This document shows positions 26,201-38,867 of a stretch of 64,000 nt of DNA, piece after piece. The notes under the pieces were generated by a model. That model was not told where the DNA came from and searched no databases. It saw nothing but the letters and a program-made list of their open reading frames with translations. Origin of the DNA: Trichoplax sp. H2 (lineage: Eukaryota); the NCBI GenBank assembly GCA_003344405.1, contig NOWV01000188.1:1-64000 (forward strand), given 5' to 3'. Position 1 is the first letter of the stretch. Every line of letters begins with the position of its first letter. The translations under genes and the position numbers were made by a program.

Positions 26201-29200
26201 ATGACAGATTGTACCTGCTTCTGTTTTATGTGAATCCATACTTAATAATAGTTTAGACTTGGGGATATGCCATCGTACCTCTTGTTGCTGATTACTATCA
26301 GCATCAATTAATAAAATGTATTAGTGTTTAAATAAGAAGAGAAATGATAGCTTCAATATAACTAACAGTGCAAGCGAAATTTATCTCTTAAACATGATTA
26401 CTTAGCACTACTTAATAAATCGGTCTACTACATCACCTAACAGCTACTGTACACGGTATGGATTATGCTACTTGCTTTAATTTACCTAGGAGCCTTTTGT
26501 CGAGAGCATATCAAGACATCGGACATCAGGAATAAATGCCTTGATTTCCTGGTATTTCCTAGGATATCAATTACAGCGCATAATTAATTATAATCCAAAA
26601 TTTATGCTCTCAGTATCCTACAACGAAGTAATGAGTTTAGAATCATTTAAGACTTTATGGTATATTTGAGCAATCGGTAGCTGAGACTGACCATCTAATT
26701 CTGCGACTACTGCGCTCTTTATGAGTTCGAATTTTGCATTTACCGCATGTTTATTAGATATCTTCATCGTCTGTAACTAAGAGGAATTTCTATTAATAAT
26801 AGCAGCAATTATATTATTTAATATCTCCATTGAAAGCAATCTCATCAGTAGATTAACTGTGCTATATAAAGAAAATTGCTTATCATGGCTAAAAGATTTG
26901 TAATTCATAATATTTCTACAAGTTATTAAAATTTTTATGCAGAACGATGGAACAGTTTCCTCAATTTGGATTAAATAAAACTATAACATCACCGTTGGGT
27001 TAATCAGTGCATCAACTTTTAGTAGGATTAAGCTGTAAATATTGATATCACTATCTTTATAGCCTCGAGAGTATACACTTAATTAAATAATATAAAACAA
27101 CTTGGTAAAAAGGATAACAATCTGAATACGCAACATGTATTGTATTAAAAATTATCGGATAAGTTAAAGGCTGGATATTCTTCGGGTTGTACTAATGGCT
27201 GAATATAATCTCTGTGAATTGCGTATAAGGCAATTATTTAGAGGTTAGCATTTAGTGGTTTAAACAATTATAACAGGGCATACAGCTAATGGTAGAAGTT
27301 AAAATAGTATTAGATCGTGGAAGCTTGATTGCCATCCTTTGATAACGTATGTAATGTTAAACTCACTTTATCGATCGGAATAACCCTTGCCTGGCTGCTT
27401 CGATTAGCGGTTTGTAGAAACTTCGTTAATTTTTTGGAAATTTTGGCAAAAACTGCAGCATCAGGGTGGCTATCTGGGGTATTTTTCATCATCTCCTAGT
27501 AAGCAATGTGACATAACATTAATATTAGCCTATGAGCTGTATGTAATGAAGCACAAATCACGTTGTCGTAATTCTTTTACTAAGTATAAATTTTGACAGG
27601 AATTTGGCTTACGTTTACAATAATGAAATAGCCAGCGACTCTTTCGATCGGCTTTTGAATTGATTCTAAGTTGGTATAACATATGTATAGGTAAAATCTT
27701 GCAACATAGAGGACGCTATCATTTAATTGATACTATCTACTATTAATTGCCATCATTCAGGAATTAGAGATCGAATAGGTAAAATTTTGTGAATGCGTGT
27801 AAGTTTATAATAAATATGGGCAGATAAAGCATATTATTGGCCGATTTTTTACCTTGAAGCCTGTAATGTTGACGAAAATGTTCACGATTGACTTTCTATT
27901 GAATGGAATAAAATCAGTCATTTTATTTGAGATGTATGTCCATTATATATTTATTGTATACTTCGAGTAAACTTCAATGTGGTATAAGAAGCCGTCATTA
28001 GAATCAAATTACAAAACAGCGTAATAATTAGATCAAAAATTGAAACCAACGGATTTAAAATTTTCTAAATAGAATTTTTATTTTCGATTGCCCGTACCTT
28101 TACCAATTGCTCAAAGAAAAGAATTTCTTGGCTATATTTCTCAATTTTTTCTAAAGCCTTTGGATAATTACTAATGTAATTGTTGTATATGTATAAATGC
28201 TTCATCTAATTGTAAAATTTCCAATGATACAAATTAAATTAAATTAAACGTAATAATTGTATACAAATTAAATTATTTGGTGTAGTTTATCTATCGAATT
28301 AAAGATATCGTAATTTTTTCCTGCGTATGATACTTGAACTGTTCACTTAGGAATATTAGTTAAAATTGTAGAAATGACACAAAGAAACCCCATAGTAGAG
28401 AATTATCCTTTCATATAGAAGAAACCTACTAGATCTTCGAATAAGTCACCAATAATTTGGTTCTTTGACCACTGTGTTAGCCGCGGTTCTAGCTGTTTGT
28501 AGAATTTCTTATGAGCAACCTGTAGTTCTTCCACTTTATAGAATATCATATGGATTTCTTCAATGTTAATAATTGGATAATCTCCACGTGAACCAACCAT
28601 CATAAACTGCATATACTACCAGTTTTTAATCAGTACATAAAAAAGGTATTATCATTTTACACAATAAGGGAGTAGGTAATAATTTATGATAGCTGTAATT
28701 GGCGAATCTATAATTATATGTTGCATGCTAATCCAGATCTTTAAAATCTCCATTATCTAACTTAAGCTAGGATCAATTATACTCTCATCCGTGGCAAGTA
28801 ATGTGTAAATATGGATAGTTGCCGTAGACCTACCTCAGTCATTATTTCTAAGTTGTCCAAATACAGTCTTTCACTGTCAACCAGTTTCGATAAAGATAGC
28901 TTGCGCAATGCTAGCATATCAATAGATTGATCTGTAGTGGGCTGCAAATAAGAATAAGATTTAGGATAGTGTAAGCGTATTTCTATAGAATTATTTTAAG
29001 ATAGGTATTTAATAGTGACTATGTTTATTGATAAATCGATTGCATACGTATACGGTACTATCTACAATTCTAGTGATTCAACTAATATTATAAACACGCC
29101 AACCAGTTATACCGTTTCGTTATCTGATAGATGGACTTCGGCTTTAGTTAGACTTACACCATTATCAATTAAGTCAGGGTCGTTTAATAATTCTAAGTCG

Positions 29201-31474
29201 CTAAAACCTATATCGATACTAGTTATAAAGAAGTAAAGGTGGTAATACAGAAAGAAGAAAAATCAGATCATGAATTTATGTTTAGCGGAAAGCTAATTTA
29301 AACCGAATCAAATTTTTTTCCACCGAATAACTATTAAAACAATTCTATGTAAAAATTGTAACCATGCATATTATTATTAGATTTTTTCAGATCTTGTGAA
29401 TTGAACATATTCTTACAGAGCGATTTCATTAATATCGTTAGTATAACACCATATGTTATTATATAGAGTGAGCTCATCATATGCAATATATATCCTTTAC
29501 CTAGTCTGCAAACTTGATTCTCCATCTGAATCGGATTTAACTCTAAAACGAACATGAGAAGATTTCCTAGTAGTTCCATCCTTGCCGTCTCCTTCTTCTC
29601 CACTAGCAGCTGTACTGTAACAGCTAGAATCATAATGAAAATGAGTGCCGGATTTCATGCCATCATGAAGATATCTGTTAGGGTTCTTTCTTGCTCTAGG
29701 TTTTCGGCTATCGTCATTGCGATCGCTTGGAGTTATTTCAGAAACTTTAATTGCTTTTTTCATAACCTTTCCTTGATCTATGGGTATATATCCTAACAGT
29801 ATAGTAAATTAGATTTGATGAGAAGGCAATAAAGATAGTATACACATAACCACAATTTTTGGAGTTGCAGCTATTTCATTATACGAATATTTCACTACTT
29901 AACCCTTTATGATATTGTAGTGTAGCCCTAAATTAGCTTAAGATTACATTTATCTTGCGACTAAAAAGGCAAGATATGATTATGTGGCAGAAAAATCATT
30001 TTGTAACTAATTTTATATAAATTTAGAATTTTGCTGTAATAGTTTCCATAGTCTGATTGCAGTTAGATAGTCCTTGGTAATTGTAAGATGAGCCGAATAT
30101 ATGTCATATAAAATAGTTGACGAGAAAGTGTAGTTCTTGTTTATTATTTTGGGAAGATAATGTATCACATCAATTAAAAGGAGTTATTTTTACATAATTT
30201 AGCGTAGATATGTAGTTACATATTTACGTAGATATTTTTAGAGAAACACAATATTATGTTATACAGCTCAATTCAGTGACAAAACGCTACTTTGGTTTTC
30301 TCGCTAATACCGGTCTTTCAACCGGTAAGACATTAGTCTACTATGGCAAATCATTCCAACGTCCTCAGAATATCATAAATTGATGCAGTTGTTGCCATAT
30401 TATATGGAAAATGACGGAGTGTAATAATAGAACTTCTCTAAATTTATGAACGTAAGCGGATTATAATATTTGCATTGACTAAGTTAGTTAGCTATTGAAG
30501 GTAAAATAAGACCTAGTCGTAAGAGAAGGTGTTAAGAAATGAGATTTTCGTTAGTTGTGTTGATATAGTTTCTATATTACAAGCTGACTACAAATTTAGC
30601 TTGTCCTGCTTGATTAATTATTATAGTAGCATGGTCATTTAGGCATAAAATTTGCAGTAGAGTAAGTCCATAGAAGAATTAACAAGTAGAAGAGTTTCAA
30701 AAATGGAACAGATAGCTATACGATTGGAAGCTGCATGGGCAATTGGAATACTCGATGTTGTTCTTGTTGGTGCTTACACTAGTCTTTTACAAATTTATTC
30801 TAAGTGACTATCGGCGGGAATAGCCTATAGCCAAATCTGGACAAAATGCTTTGCAAGGAATCTACCGTGAGCGTAACTTTGCATTCGAATTACAAGGGAA
30901 AGACTAACAAAACTAAATTTTACGACCACATTGCTAGGCTGTAACCGATAATAGCACAGAAAGTAGGCAGCAAGGTATACATAGGTCCAAATTGGAATAG
31001 ATCAATTTCATTTTTAGTACAGGAATTATAGGTAATATAAATGTTAATCCATCTAAAACTGAATGCTATGGTAGCGCGTACAGTATGCACCATTATGAAA
31101 TAGTGCATCACTCATTCAATCCTGTCCTACTCCTCCTGTATTCCCCACGAATCAAAAATGATTATATATTCCTTCTATCAATTTAGTATCCTTATCTAGT
31201 AGTAAAGTTTTGATTTACCATCTCTGCCGTTTTGATGATCAACAAATTTGGCTACAGAGTCATCTTGAAAAGTACCCAATGAATCCGTATTATTTTTCAT
31301 CCATTGTAACTGGAATTCTTCCATTTCCAACGCTAATTTCATTAAATCCATTTTCTTTTGGCATGCTGAAGAGTAATGTTCTTGTTCTAATTCTTTCCAT
31401 GGAGGCATTTCAACATTTGGAAATCGAAGTTTCCAAGCAGCTGTAAATTTTTCTCTATCTGTTCTCGTATCCAT
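12172..31474 (-). CDS. BCR: BCR/ABR-family RhoGEF+RhoGAP protein, multi-exon, with very long C-terminal extension
   Basis: Domain order coiled coil-DH-PH-C2-RhoGAP with motif matches to BCR in each domain. Phase-consistent exons include 31474-31219, 29792-29501, 29200-29113, 28941-28834, 28615-28430, 28205-28098, 27895-27853, 27665-27613, 23621-23553, 22905-22808 and one starting at 20366. Attachment of the 1999-aa ORF is inferred. Confidence 0.85.
20220..22120 (-). CDS. BCR: BCR RhoGAP domain exons
   Basis: VFGVEL; VPLAVATCVEEIERR; GLYEVGIYRVNG (arginine finger intact); GILKQYFHELPHPLIT; NRMSFRSLSTVFG. Confidence 0.92.
22590..23621 (-). CDS. BCR: BCR C2 domain exons
   Basis: KGMLTVEIHSG; FCSIDVDSYGYFIRKAQT...PLWNE; KFEIEVEGAKLLRIRC (BCR: YCTLEVDSFGYFVNKAKT...PNWNE, EFEIELEGSQTLRILC). 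Confidence 0.9.
24220..26780 (-). CDS. BCR: BCR PH domain exons (approximate limits)
   Basis: rc exons give KAFIPDVRCLDMLS (degenerate), RWHIPKSKL, ELVLASSCYPLRVYEQYGK and CYVLLFLNEDDREEWKSAI, comparable to BCR KWYIPL, SPSMAFRVHSRNGK and SYTFLISSDYERAEW. Confidence 0.7.
24341..25201. other. Assembly gap (24731-24750) flanked by two overlapping copies of the same intronic sequence
   Basis: 24341-24730 is nearly identical to 24751-25201, differing by SNPs and a ~60-bp indel (about 24920-24981). Confidence 0.9.
27367..28941 (-). CDS. BCR: BCR DH (RhoGEF) domain exons
   Basis: LRKLSLSKLVDSERLYLDNLE; IFYKVEELQVAHKKFYKQL...QIIGDLF; IQKPIERVAGY; MMKNTPDSHPD. Confidence 0.9.
31219..31474 (-). CDS. 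BCR: BCR exon 1: N-terminal oligomerisation coiled coil
   Basis: FTAAWKLRFPNVEMP...LALEMEEFQLQWM resembles BCR FAEAWKAQFPDSEPP...EVNQERFRMIYL; donor G|gtaaat at 31218. Confidence 0.85.
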
Positions 31475-33737
31475 CTTATAAAAACCAAAGCTAAAATGAT
31501 TTGACAGAGCGTGCTATGCTAATCTTCTCTTCCTTGTCTTCAAAGCGATCGCTTGACTTTTACAGTTACACTGATCAATGGTAGATTTCTTTAACTTGCG
31601 TAATTTTTCTACCATTTCATCTCTACAATAATACTGTGAAATTGTGAACGAATGTAGCGTAAATATTATTTTCATAAAGCAGAATTACTTCAATCTTACC
31701 AAAGGGACAAAGAACGATTTTGTCTTTGCATGTCACTATTCGACTTTTCTATCTGGCTTGAAAAACTAGAAGCGAGCAATTACTTTTAATATTTGTGCAC
31801 ATGTACGGTGTATCTACGTGTGGTAGCACGGCAGGTGGACACTTGTTATTGGATTTTCTTAATATTAAGCATATGCCTGTGAAGATAAATGTAGAAAATA
31901 AAATAATGGATGGCAATATTAGCTTTTCACTTAAAAGAGACGGATTGGTATTAGTTACGTTAACAGTTGTAATAGGTTAATGGAAGATAATAATTTATAT
32001 ATTTAAGCTACAAGGGCATTTTAACCTGCAGAATAGGCTGGTTTCCTTCAATCGCCTGGTTAATTCTGTCGTCTTTTCTTATGTCTGTTAAGGCCACCGA
32101 AGTCCGTAAGAACTGTTAAAATACTACAGGCTTTGCCAGCTAGAATCTCTATATTAAAAGAGTCGATTATCTCAATATGTCTAGCAATTAATTGCATTAT
32201 CTTGCAATATATATCATAATCGAAGGGTACCGTGTCTTTGCAAATTCACTTTTGTGAGATTACTAATCTTATTATGGCAGCCAATATGTTCAATTTGGAG
32301 ATGCTATTCATATCGATGCACAGTCTATCGACTTGATATTTTATTAGTATAATTGTTGTTCCTTGTGAAATTCTCTTAACGTTGAAATATTCGAGAGTAG
32401 GATCTTCTTGAATATCCAATAGATCCTAAGAAAGCTTGAAGAGAACTTTTCTAGATACTACCTAAGCTTCTATAACGACACACGAACAACAGTATCGATC
32501 TCCTTCGAAAAGGGTAGAAAAATTTTGCTGCAATTCGTAACGAGAGGATAGCAACTGCTATATTCAGTTGCTTTTGATCATTTTTTTACTTGGAAATGTC
32601 GCCAAGAATCTTCTCGATTATCTTGCTCCTGAGAGAGCAGAACGATTACATAGCATCACGTAGAATGTGCAATGTAAGGTTAGATTAGTGTACACAAAGG
32701 AAATCAGGTAGCCATGTTGCTTTAACTTAAGGAGCATGGTTATGGGGTAAGATACTCAACTTATATGATTCACCTCCATCGTATAGACTGCAATCACTAG
32801 ATACTATCATTTATAGACGTAACCGGAAGCCTATTTTAAAAGTAACAAATCACGACTACGCGGTCAAAGAGGACCTAATACATAGCTTTTCGGACGCGGC
32901 GATGGAATAAAGTAGCCGTAAACGTAAAATTTATTTTTATCTTGGGTTGCCTTCCCATAAAGGGATATGGAAGTAATATTCAGAGTCAGCGATCCAACAT
33001 GATTGCAGTGTTGGTATTATTATACACTCATCTTCTCAGTTATTAGTCAGCTATGCGGATTGTCTACCCTAGTTTCTAAACGTTATCAGTCTCATACATA
33101 GCAATCACAGAAGATTTTAATAATTTCTCTTACCTAATAAGTACATTTGAAAATGTCAAAGACAGCAAACCTACTTTCGTAATTGGTACTCTTGCAGTTG
33201 TCAACTCTTCACTAAAATTTTCGTAGAACCAAAAGTGCACTATACAAGATGCAGTTACAGAATGGTTTATGTTCTAATTTATAACTTGTAAATATCTGAA
33301 ATCATTATAACAGCTTCTGTAAGGACTGTATATTGGATTTTGATTCCAATTGATTGCTATCATAAAGCAAGTGACCATAAAGAATACATTTACGCGCTCG
33401 TCTATCGGAGAAGATCCAAACTATTTCTCTTCCCTAATGAGAACATTTATCTTACTAATCATATACACTAGTATAGATCATGATGATAATGCATACAGAA
33501 CCGTGACGATCACTTAGGGTAATAAAGTTGTCATCTCTAAAACAGCTATCGCTCTCTCGTCTACGCTCTATAACCAGAAAGACAGATTATTATAACTTTC
33601 TACTACTGTACTATCTATTCCATTCCCGATATAACTATCAGCGAGGAACGCATTGCCCATGCTACGAAAAAGCAAAATTTACGCGCACTTGTATTTTAAT
33701 CTAAACACCAACAAATTATTAAATTAAAACTAGCAGC

Positions 33738-34324
33738 CATCCGCTCGCTATGTTTACGTAATTGATATAAATTCATGTAGGATTCTAGTAATTGCAGTAT
33801 TAGCGATATGCATAAAACGACGTGTGATGGATGTAAACAGCACTAAGCTAAATACTTTGTTAGAGTACAATCATATTATGCGTGATAAAGTACGTAAAGG
33901 GAAAAATGGTTTAACTACAATTATAGGTATAAATCGTTAAGCCAAGACAAACAGCGGATAATAAAGCATTTTGTCTGAGTGTACAGGAGCTCCAGATAAT
34001 GTTGCCAGAGAATTTACATCAACAGTAGATGATGAGAGTGTACAACTGTGAATATGTGATCAATTGAATGCTTTAAAAAGAAAACAAGATCCTGGTCTGA
34101 AAGTTTACTTCTCTTCACCTCTAGGTGAAAATAAACATCACCACTTTTGCGACTTGTTAACAAGCGCTTTGATTACGAGCAATGTTCCATGATCATTATT
34201 ACATAATTCATATTTAAGACAAACTAAGGAAGTTCTTCGACCTGATATTACTCATTTGACAGCGCAAAAGGCTTTAACCAAAATTCTTGATAGGTTACAT
34301 GAATTGAATAACCATCAAATATGA
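33738..34324 (+). mobile_element. Decayed hAT-like transposase fragment (BED-finger remnant plus N-terminal region)
   Basis: TTCDGCKQH (CxxC at 33823), QRIIKH/(frameshift)/LSECTGAP, then FCDLLTSALITSNVP*SLLHNSYLRQTKEVLRPDITHLTAQKALTKILDRLH, which matches the hAT 'P[FW]s.v.n..f.....lrP....ps...l...L' motif; in-frame TGA at 34049 and 34190. Confidence 0.6.
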
Positions 34325-34338
34325 GTGTATCACTACCT

Positions 34339-34795
34339 AAACTAATCCTTATTCTTATTCCCTGTGGTTCATGTTTTACACAAAGTAGGAAAGTGAACTA
34401 TATTTTAGCGTTTAAGTTGAACCATATTGGTTATTCTTTGCACAAAATAATAAACTAACCCCTATTCTTATTCAGTATGGTTCATGTTTTATACAAAGTA
34501 GGAAAGTGAACTTTATTTTAGCGTTTAAGCTTAACCATGTTAGTCATGTTGTCATCTGATCTGTCATGTTTTATACGAAATAATAAACTAACCCTTTTTC
34601 TTGTTCCCTGTGATTCATGTTTTATACAAAGTAAGAAAGTGAACTTTATTTTAGCGTATAAGTTTAACTATGTTAGTTATGTTGTCACCATCTGATCTGT
34701 CATGCTTTACACGAAATAATAAACTAACCCTTACTCTTATTCCGTTTTGTGCATGTATTATACAAAGTAAGAAAGTAAATTTTATTTTAGCGCTT
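34339..34795 (+). repeat. Degenerate tandem repeat, ~113-136-bp unit, 4 copies
   Basis: aaactaaccc...ttcatgttttatacaaagtaRgaaagtgaact.tattttagcg at about 34339, 34453, 34585 and 34721. Confidence 0.9.
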
Positions 34796-37700
34796 AACGT
34801 AATAAAAATGCGATCATGCCGCTTTACGTCCTGCGTATAAAATAGTAATAATACTATACCTACTCGTTAATCGTTATTTCAATAGTAGAGTATACACTAA
34901 TATTATATACAGTATCATATAACGTGCACTTTAGTGCAGTTTCAAAATCTAAACTGCACACATTCCCTAACGATAAGTATACCAAATAAAGTATAACTAC
35001 AGGACGACTTCCGTAAGTATATTCGATTTTGTATTTAATTAAATTCAGCTCTAATAAAGCAAGCTGCCGTAAAAAAACATTTACCTGTTCGCTCGTTAGA
35101 GAAGATTTTAACTGCATCTCTTCCTAATAAGAATATTTGAAAATGCCGAAGACGTTAGATCTGTATTCAATATCTGTACTGTTGTACTTATCCTAACGCT
35201 TAAATAAAATGTTTCATACTACAAATGTCATGCAGAGCTTTACGCCAGGTTATTACCTTCCCATCAAAATCTAAATTTACTTGGCATTATCTGAAATCAT
35301 GATCGATCTATGCTATAGCTAATATTGGAAATGAACTAGTACCAAAACTATCCAGATAGTCATGATATCATTTGAGATAGCTATAACATCTATCGGTACA
35401 TTGATTTTTTATCCAATTAATTAATGACAGTAATAAAAGTCCTCTCTGCCCAACGGTTTGCAAGCGAATCGACGGCTAGTAAAGCTGTATTTGGCAGTCG
35501 GCAGCGTAATACTCTACTCTATTTTAATGGCTTGCTAGATACTGGGAGATAAGCATAAACTACAGTAAAATTAATTATATTCAAGCTATATCCAACGGAC
35601 AATGCAATGGATAGATCAAATATCTTCATGAATATGGTATGGATCGGAAATCTATAACTTGATTATCGTCAATAATTCAATTCATAAAATAGACAATGCA
35701 ATAAAGTGTATAATACTTTTACATCAAATTAGCTGAGGTATCTTTCTAACTTTGCATCATGTATTCATGATTAATTCCATGACAATTGCATCGATCTATG
35801 AGGTACAAATATAAATGGTAAAGTGATGATAGACGCCAACAGCTATAATTACTGCAGCTTTGAATTAACAAAATTAAAAACACTACTGTCTTTTCTTTAT
35901 CCTAAAGTAGCTGTTATAAACATCCATTTTTAAACTGTTGCTGCTCATAGTTAGTTCTCCGATTTCAGCCACTCATCAACTCTTATTAAAAATCAGTCTA
36001 TTTCCCTACAGAAATACTAGCTATACAATCTACTCTATAAACAAATTCTATTATTCATTCCCTTAAAGTTTATTGTGTAGCCTAATTCTATATTATTATC
36101 ACTTAGTATTATTGGCAGGTAAATTTTATTTGATAAAGTTCGACAGAGTAAAACTTTTTCAAACATATAGTATGGATGAGCAACAAAGCTGTCTATTATT
36201 GCTATAGTGATTCGTACCATATTTCAAATATGGTGGAAGAAATAGCCTGCTGTTAGCTTAACTTTGAGATATAATGGCGATGTTTTATTCATTATTGCAT
36301 AGCGAGACTATAAATAATTGCTTCAAATATGTTTACTATTCAAGGCCATTATGAAATTGAACTTCATCATTGGTAAATTCAGTTTCCAAATGTTGATACA
36401 TGTATACAGATAAAGTGCGCCTTTGGATAGCAGTATGCTAAATTATTTTCATGTTTATTCTTGGCTTTGATAATAATTATAATGAAACAAATTGTAAATC
36501 TATTTTTAACCCTCAAAGTAGCTATACGAAGCTAAAAGTAAGTGAATTTAAGACTGAAATATTGTTGGATAAGTTATCACTTTGCAAATCTGTTCTAGTC
36601 ATTAATACTGCTAAATTGTTAAAAATTAACTCGTAACTGAGGTATTTTCGATAAGCTATGCTCTATAGGTGCCTTTCAAGCCATTAATGTGGCTAAGCTG
36701 ACAACTGTCGATTCACGACTCAAGTGTGACAAATAAATGGTTGCTTTGACTTAACCATTATTCTACGCTAGTCATTATTTTTCAGCAGGTAACGTAATAC
36801 TTACTTATTTGATATAATTTTAATTATATTTTGAGCTATCAGTAGAGTTAATTAGACAGAAGTGAAATAAATTCGCGAGTGCAATATCTAGATAGAATTT
36901 TCACTTTTTGATTCAGTAATCAACTTAATATGGTATATGTCGGTCCTATGAAAAAAATTCTATTAAGCAGCAAAACGAAATATCAACGAGAGTAAAATTA
37001 AGATTCAATTATTCGACTTGTTAGTATATCGTTAAAAAATCAGAGATTACTTGAAAATTTCTTATTCTTGATGAGCCTTTAAAATTACCTCATATTGAGT
37101 AATATTTTTCTTCTGTGATTACTTCCATCATAGAAATTACAAATTCTGATAAATCAGATGAGATTCTTTAAAATAAGAGTATGAAATAGGGTCGAAGTTT
37201 AGAATATTAGAGGATGAAAGTTAAGAGCTAGTAAGATTTCTAGTTAAGTTACTGATTTTTATGTACAAAGCTATACATTAAATTTAAATTGCTATTATTC
37301 CTAGGATATCCAATAGTAAACACAGAGTTAAATTTTATAATATTACTTGGAGAATTCTTATTAGATCAGACTAAATATACAGTCAAATATAATTACAATT
37401 GAATTGTTATTGAAATGTAATTGAATTTCTTTTTATTTCACATCCTATTAATTCTTTACCAAACATGAATTGTCATTGTTATAGGATTGTAATTGAATTT
37501 CATTTATTTAAGTCTCTATTTAATTCATCACTAAATTGAAATAATTTAAATTGACATTTCGTGATATGTTCAATTTGATCTTATTTATTTTCATTTGAGT
37601 TTCTTAAAATTAACATCCTGTGGTACAATTTTGATGACGTTGATCTAATTGATGAATATCACGGAATATATGATCAAATAGCAGACATACTCGATGTTTT

Positions 37701-38164
37701 ATTTAAGTGTTTGTTTATTGCTATAAACAATTTCATCAACTATTGTAATTGATCACGATTACACATAAGAGTTGTAATAGAGTTATATAAGTATCCGGAT
37801 GCAAATTGCTTGATGATATATATTAAAAGGTAACAGTTTAGTTTATTTGTGTAAACACTTTGCTAGCGTTTCTAGCAGATACTAATGAAACAAAGATAGA
37901 TTACAATTATTTATGGTATCCATTCAACGCCCTAGCAAAATGTTTTATTTTATTTTTCCAAGGTAAAAGTAAAAATTATTGAACCTGAAATAAAAAGCGT
38001 TGACTAACATGGGGAATAGGAAATAAAACACACTATCTATTGGATAACTTCATATTACTGTATTAACAATAAACGAAAAATATCAGATGTGCTAGATTCC
38101 GCGTGATTAAACAATTAAATATAATTTTTTTCGATCTATAATCGAATAATTGATTGATGGTAAT

Positions 38165-38494
38165 TTAGCATGCAATGGGTACCATGCAAGTACCCGAACT
38201 AATATCAGCATGGTTTTCGACGTATAGGCAGTTGCCGCCAACGTATAATACGCACTCCTCAGCACCTCCATTTCCTGTACAGCAACAATCACTATTTTTA
38301 GTGCAAACGATGGCCTTATTAGTAGTACATGCAGCATCTAATGCGCATAGTGACAAAGGTTGGCGTCGATTCAATTTTTGCCGGTAATAGTAAGATAAGC
38401 GATAATTTCGTCTATCTTTCACATTCCTTGCTTCAGCTAATAGGCAAAGTGCTACTAACGACAAAGTAACAATAACGTAGCATGAAAGTTTCAT
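38165..38494 (-). CDS. Secreted Cys-rich prepropeptide A (109 aa)
   Basis: Signal peptide MKLSCYVIVTLSLVALCLLAEA, basic propeptide, RR cleavage site, 10-Cys mature region; paralogue at 49.3 kb. Confidence 0.92.
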   Translation of the reverse strand: MKLSCYVIVTLSLVALCLLAEARNVKDRRNYRLSYYYRQKLNRRQPLSLCALDAACTTNKAIVCTKNSDCCCTGNGGAEECVLYVGGNCLYVENHADISSGTCMVPIAC

Positions 38495-38500
38495 GACGAC

Positions 38501-38867
38501 CTAGTAAGATGAACAAAGTAAAATATTACAGATCTGTATACATAATAATAAGTCGTTCAATTATCGATACCATAAAATTAAAAGATTGGAAACTAGAGCA
38601 TTACACATTATTAATTGCAATCTTAGCCACACTCCAAATGTACAATATTGAATAAGAAAAATAATCAATTAAGAGAATAGATCTGAAATGGACAAGTACT
38701 TTGATATAGCAACATCGTAAAGGTAATTCTAAATGTAAAACAAGTCGAAGGTACTAACCAGAATTATATACGGAGAATTCTTACGTAAATTTCCAAAGAA
38801 TGGATTAATTTATCGATTCAATCGAACTTGAAGCGGTTGAAAAGTTGGCTTTCATGCGGTATTTATA
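38501..38867 (-). promoter_or_regulatory. Putative TATA box (38867-38860) and 5'UTR intron (38758-38501) of peptide A
   Basis: On the - strand: TATAAATA, donor ctg|gttagt, and acceptor cttactag| six nt before the ATG. Confidence 0.55.

Noticed and set aside
34049-34192. In-frame TGA codons as selenocysteine or an alternative genetic code
   Set aside because: Accompanied by a frameshift and other stops upstream; consistent with pseudogene decay.
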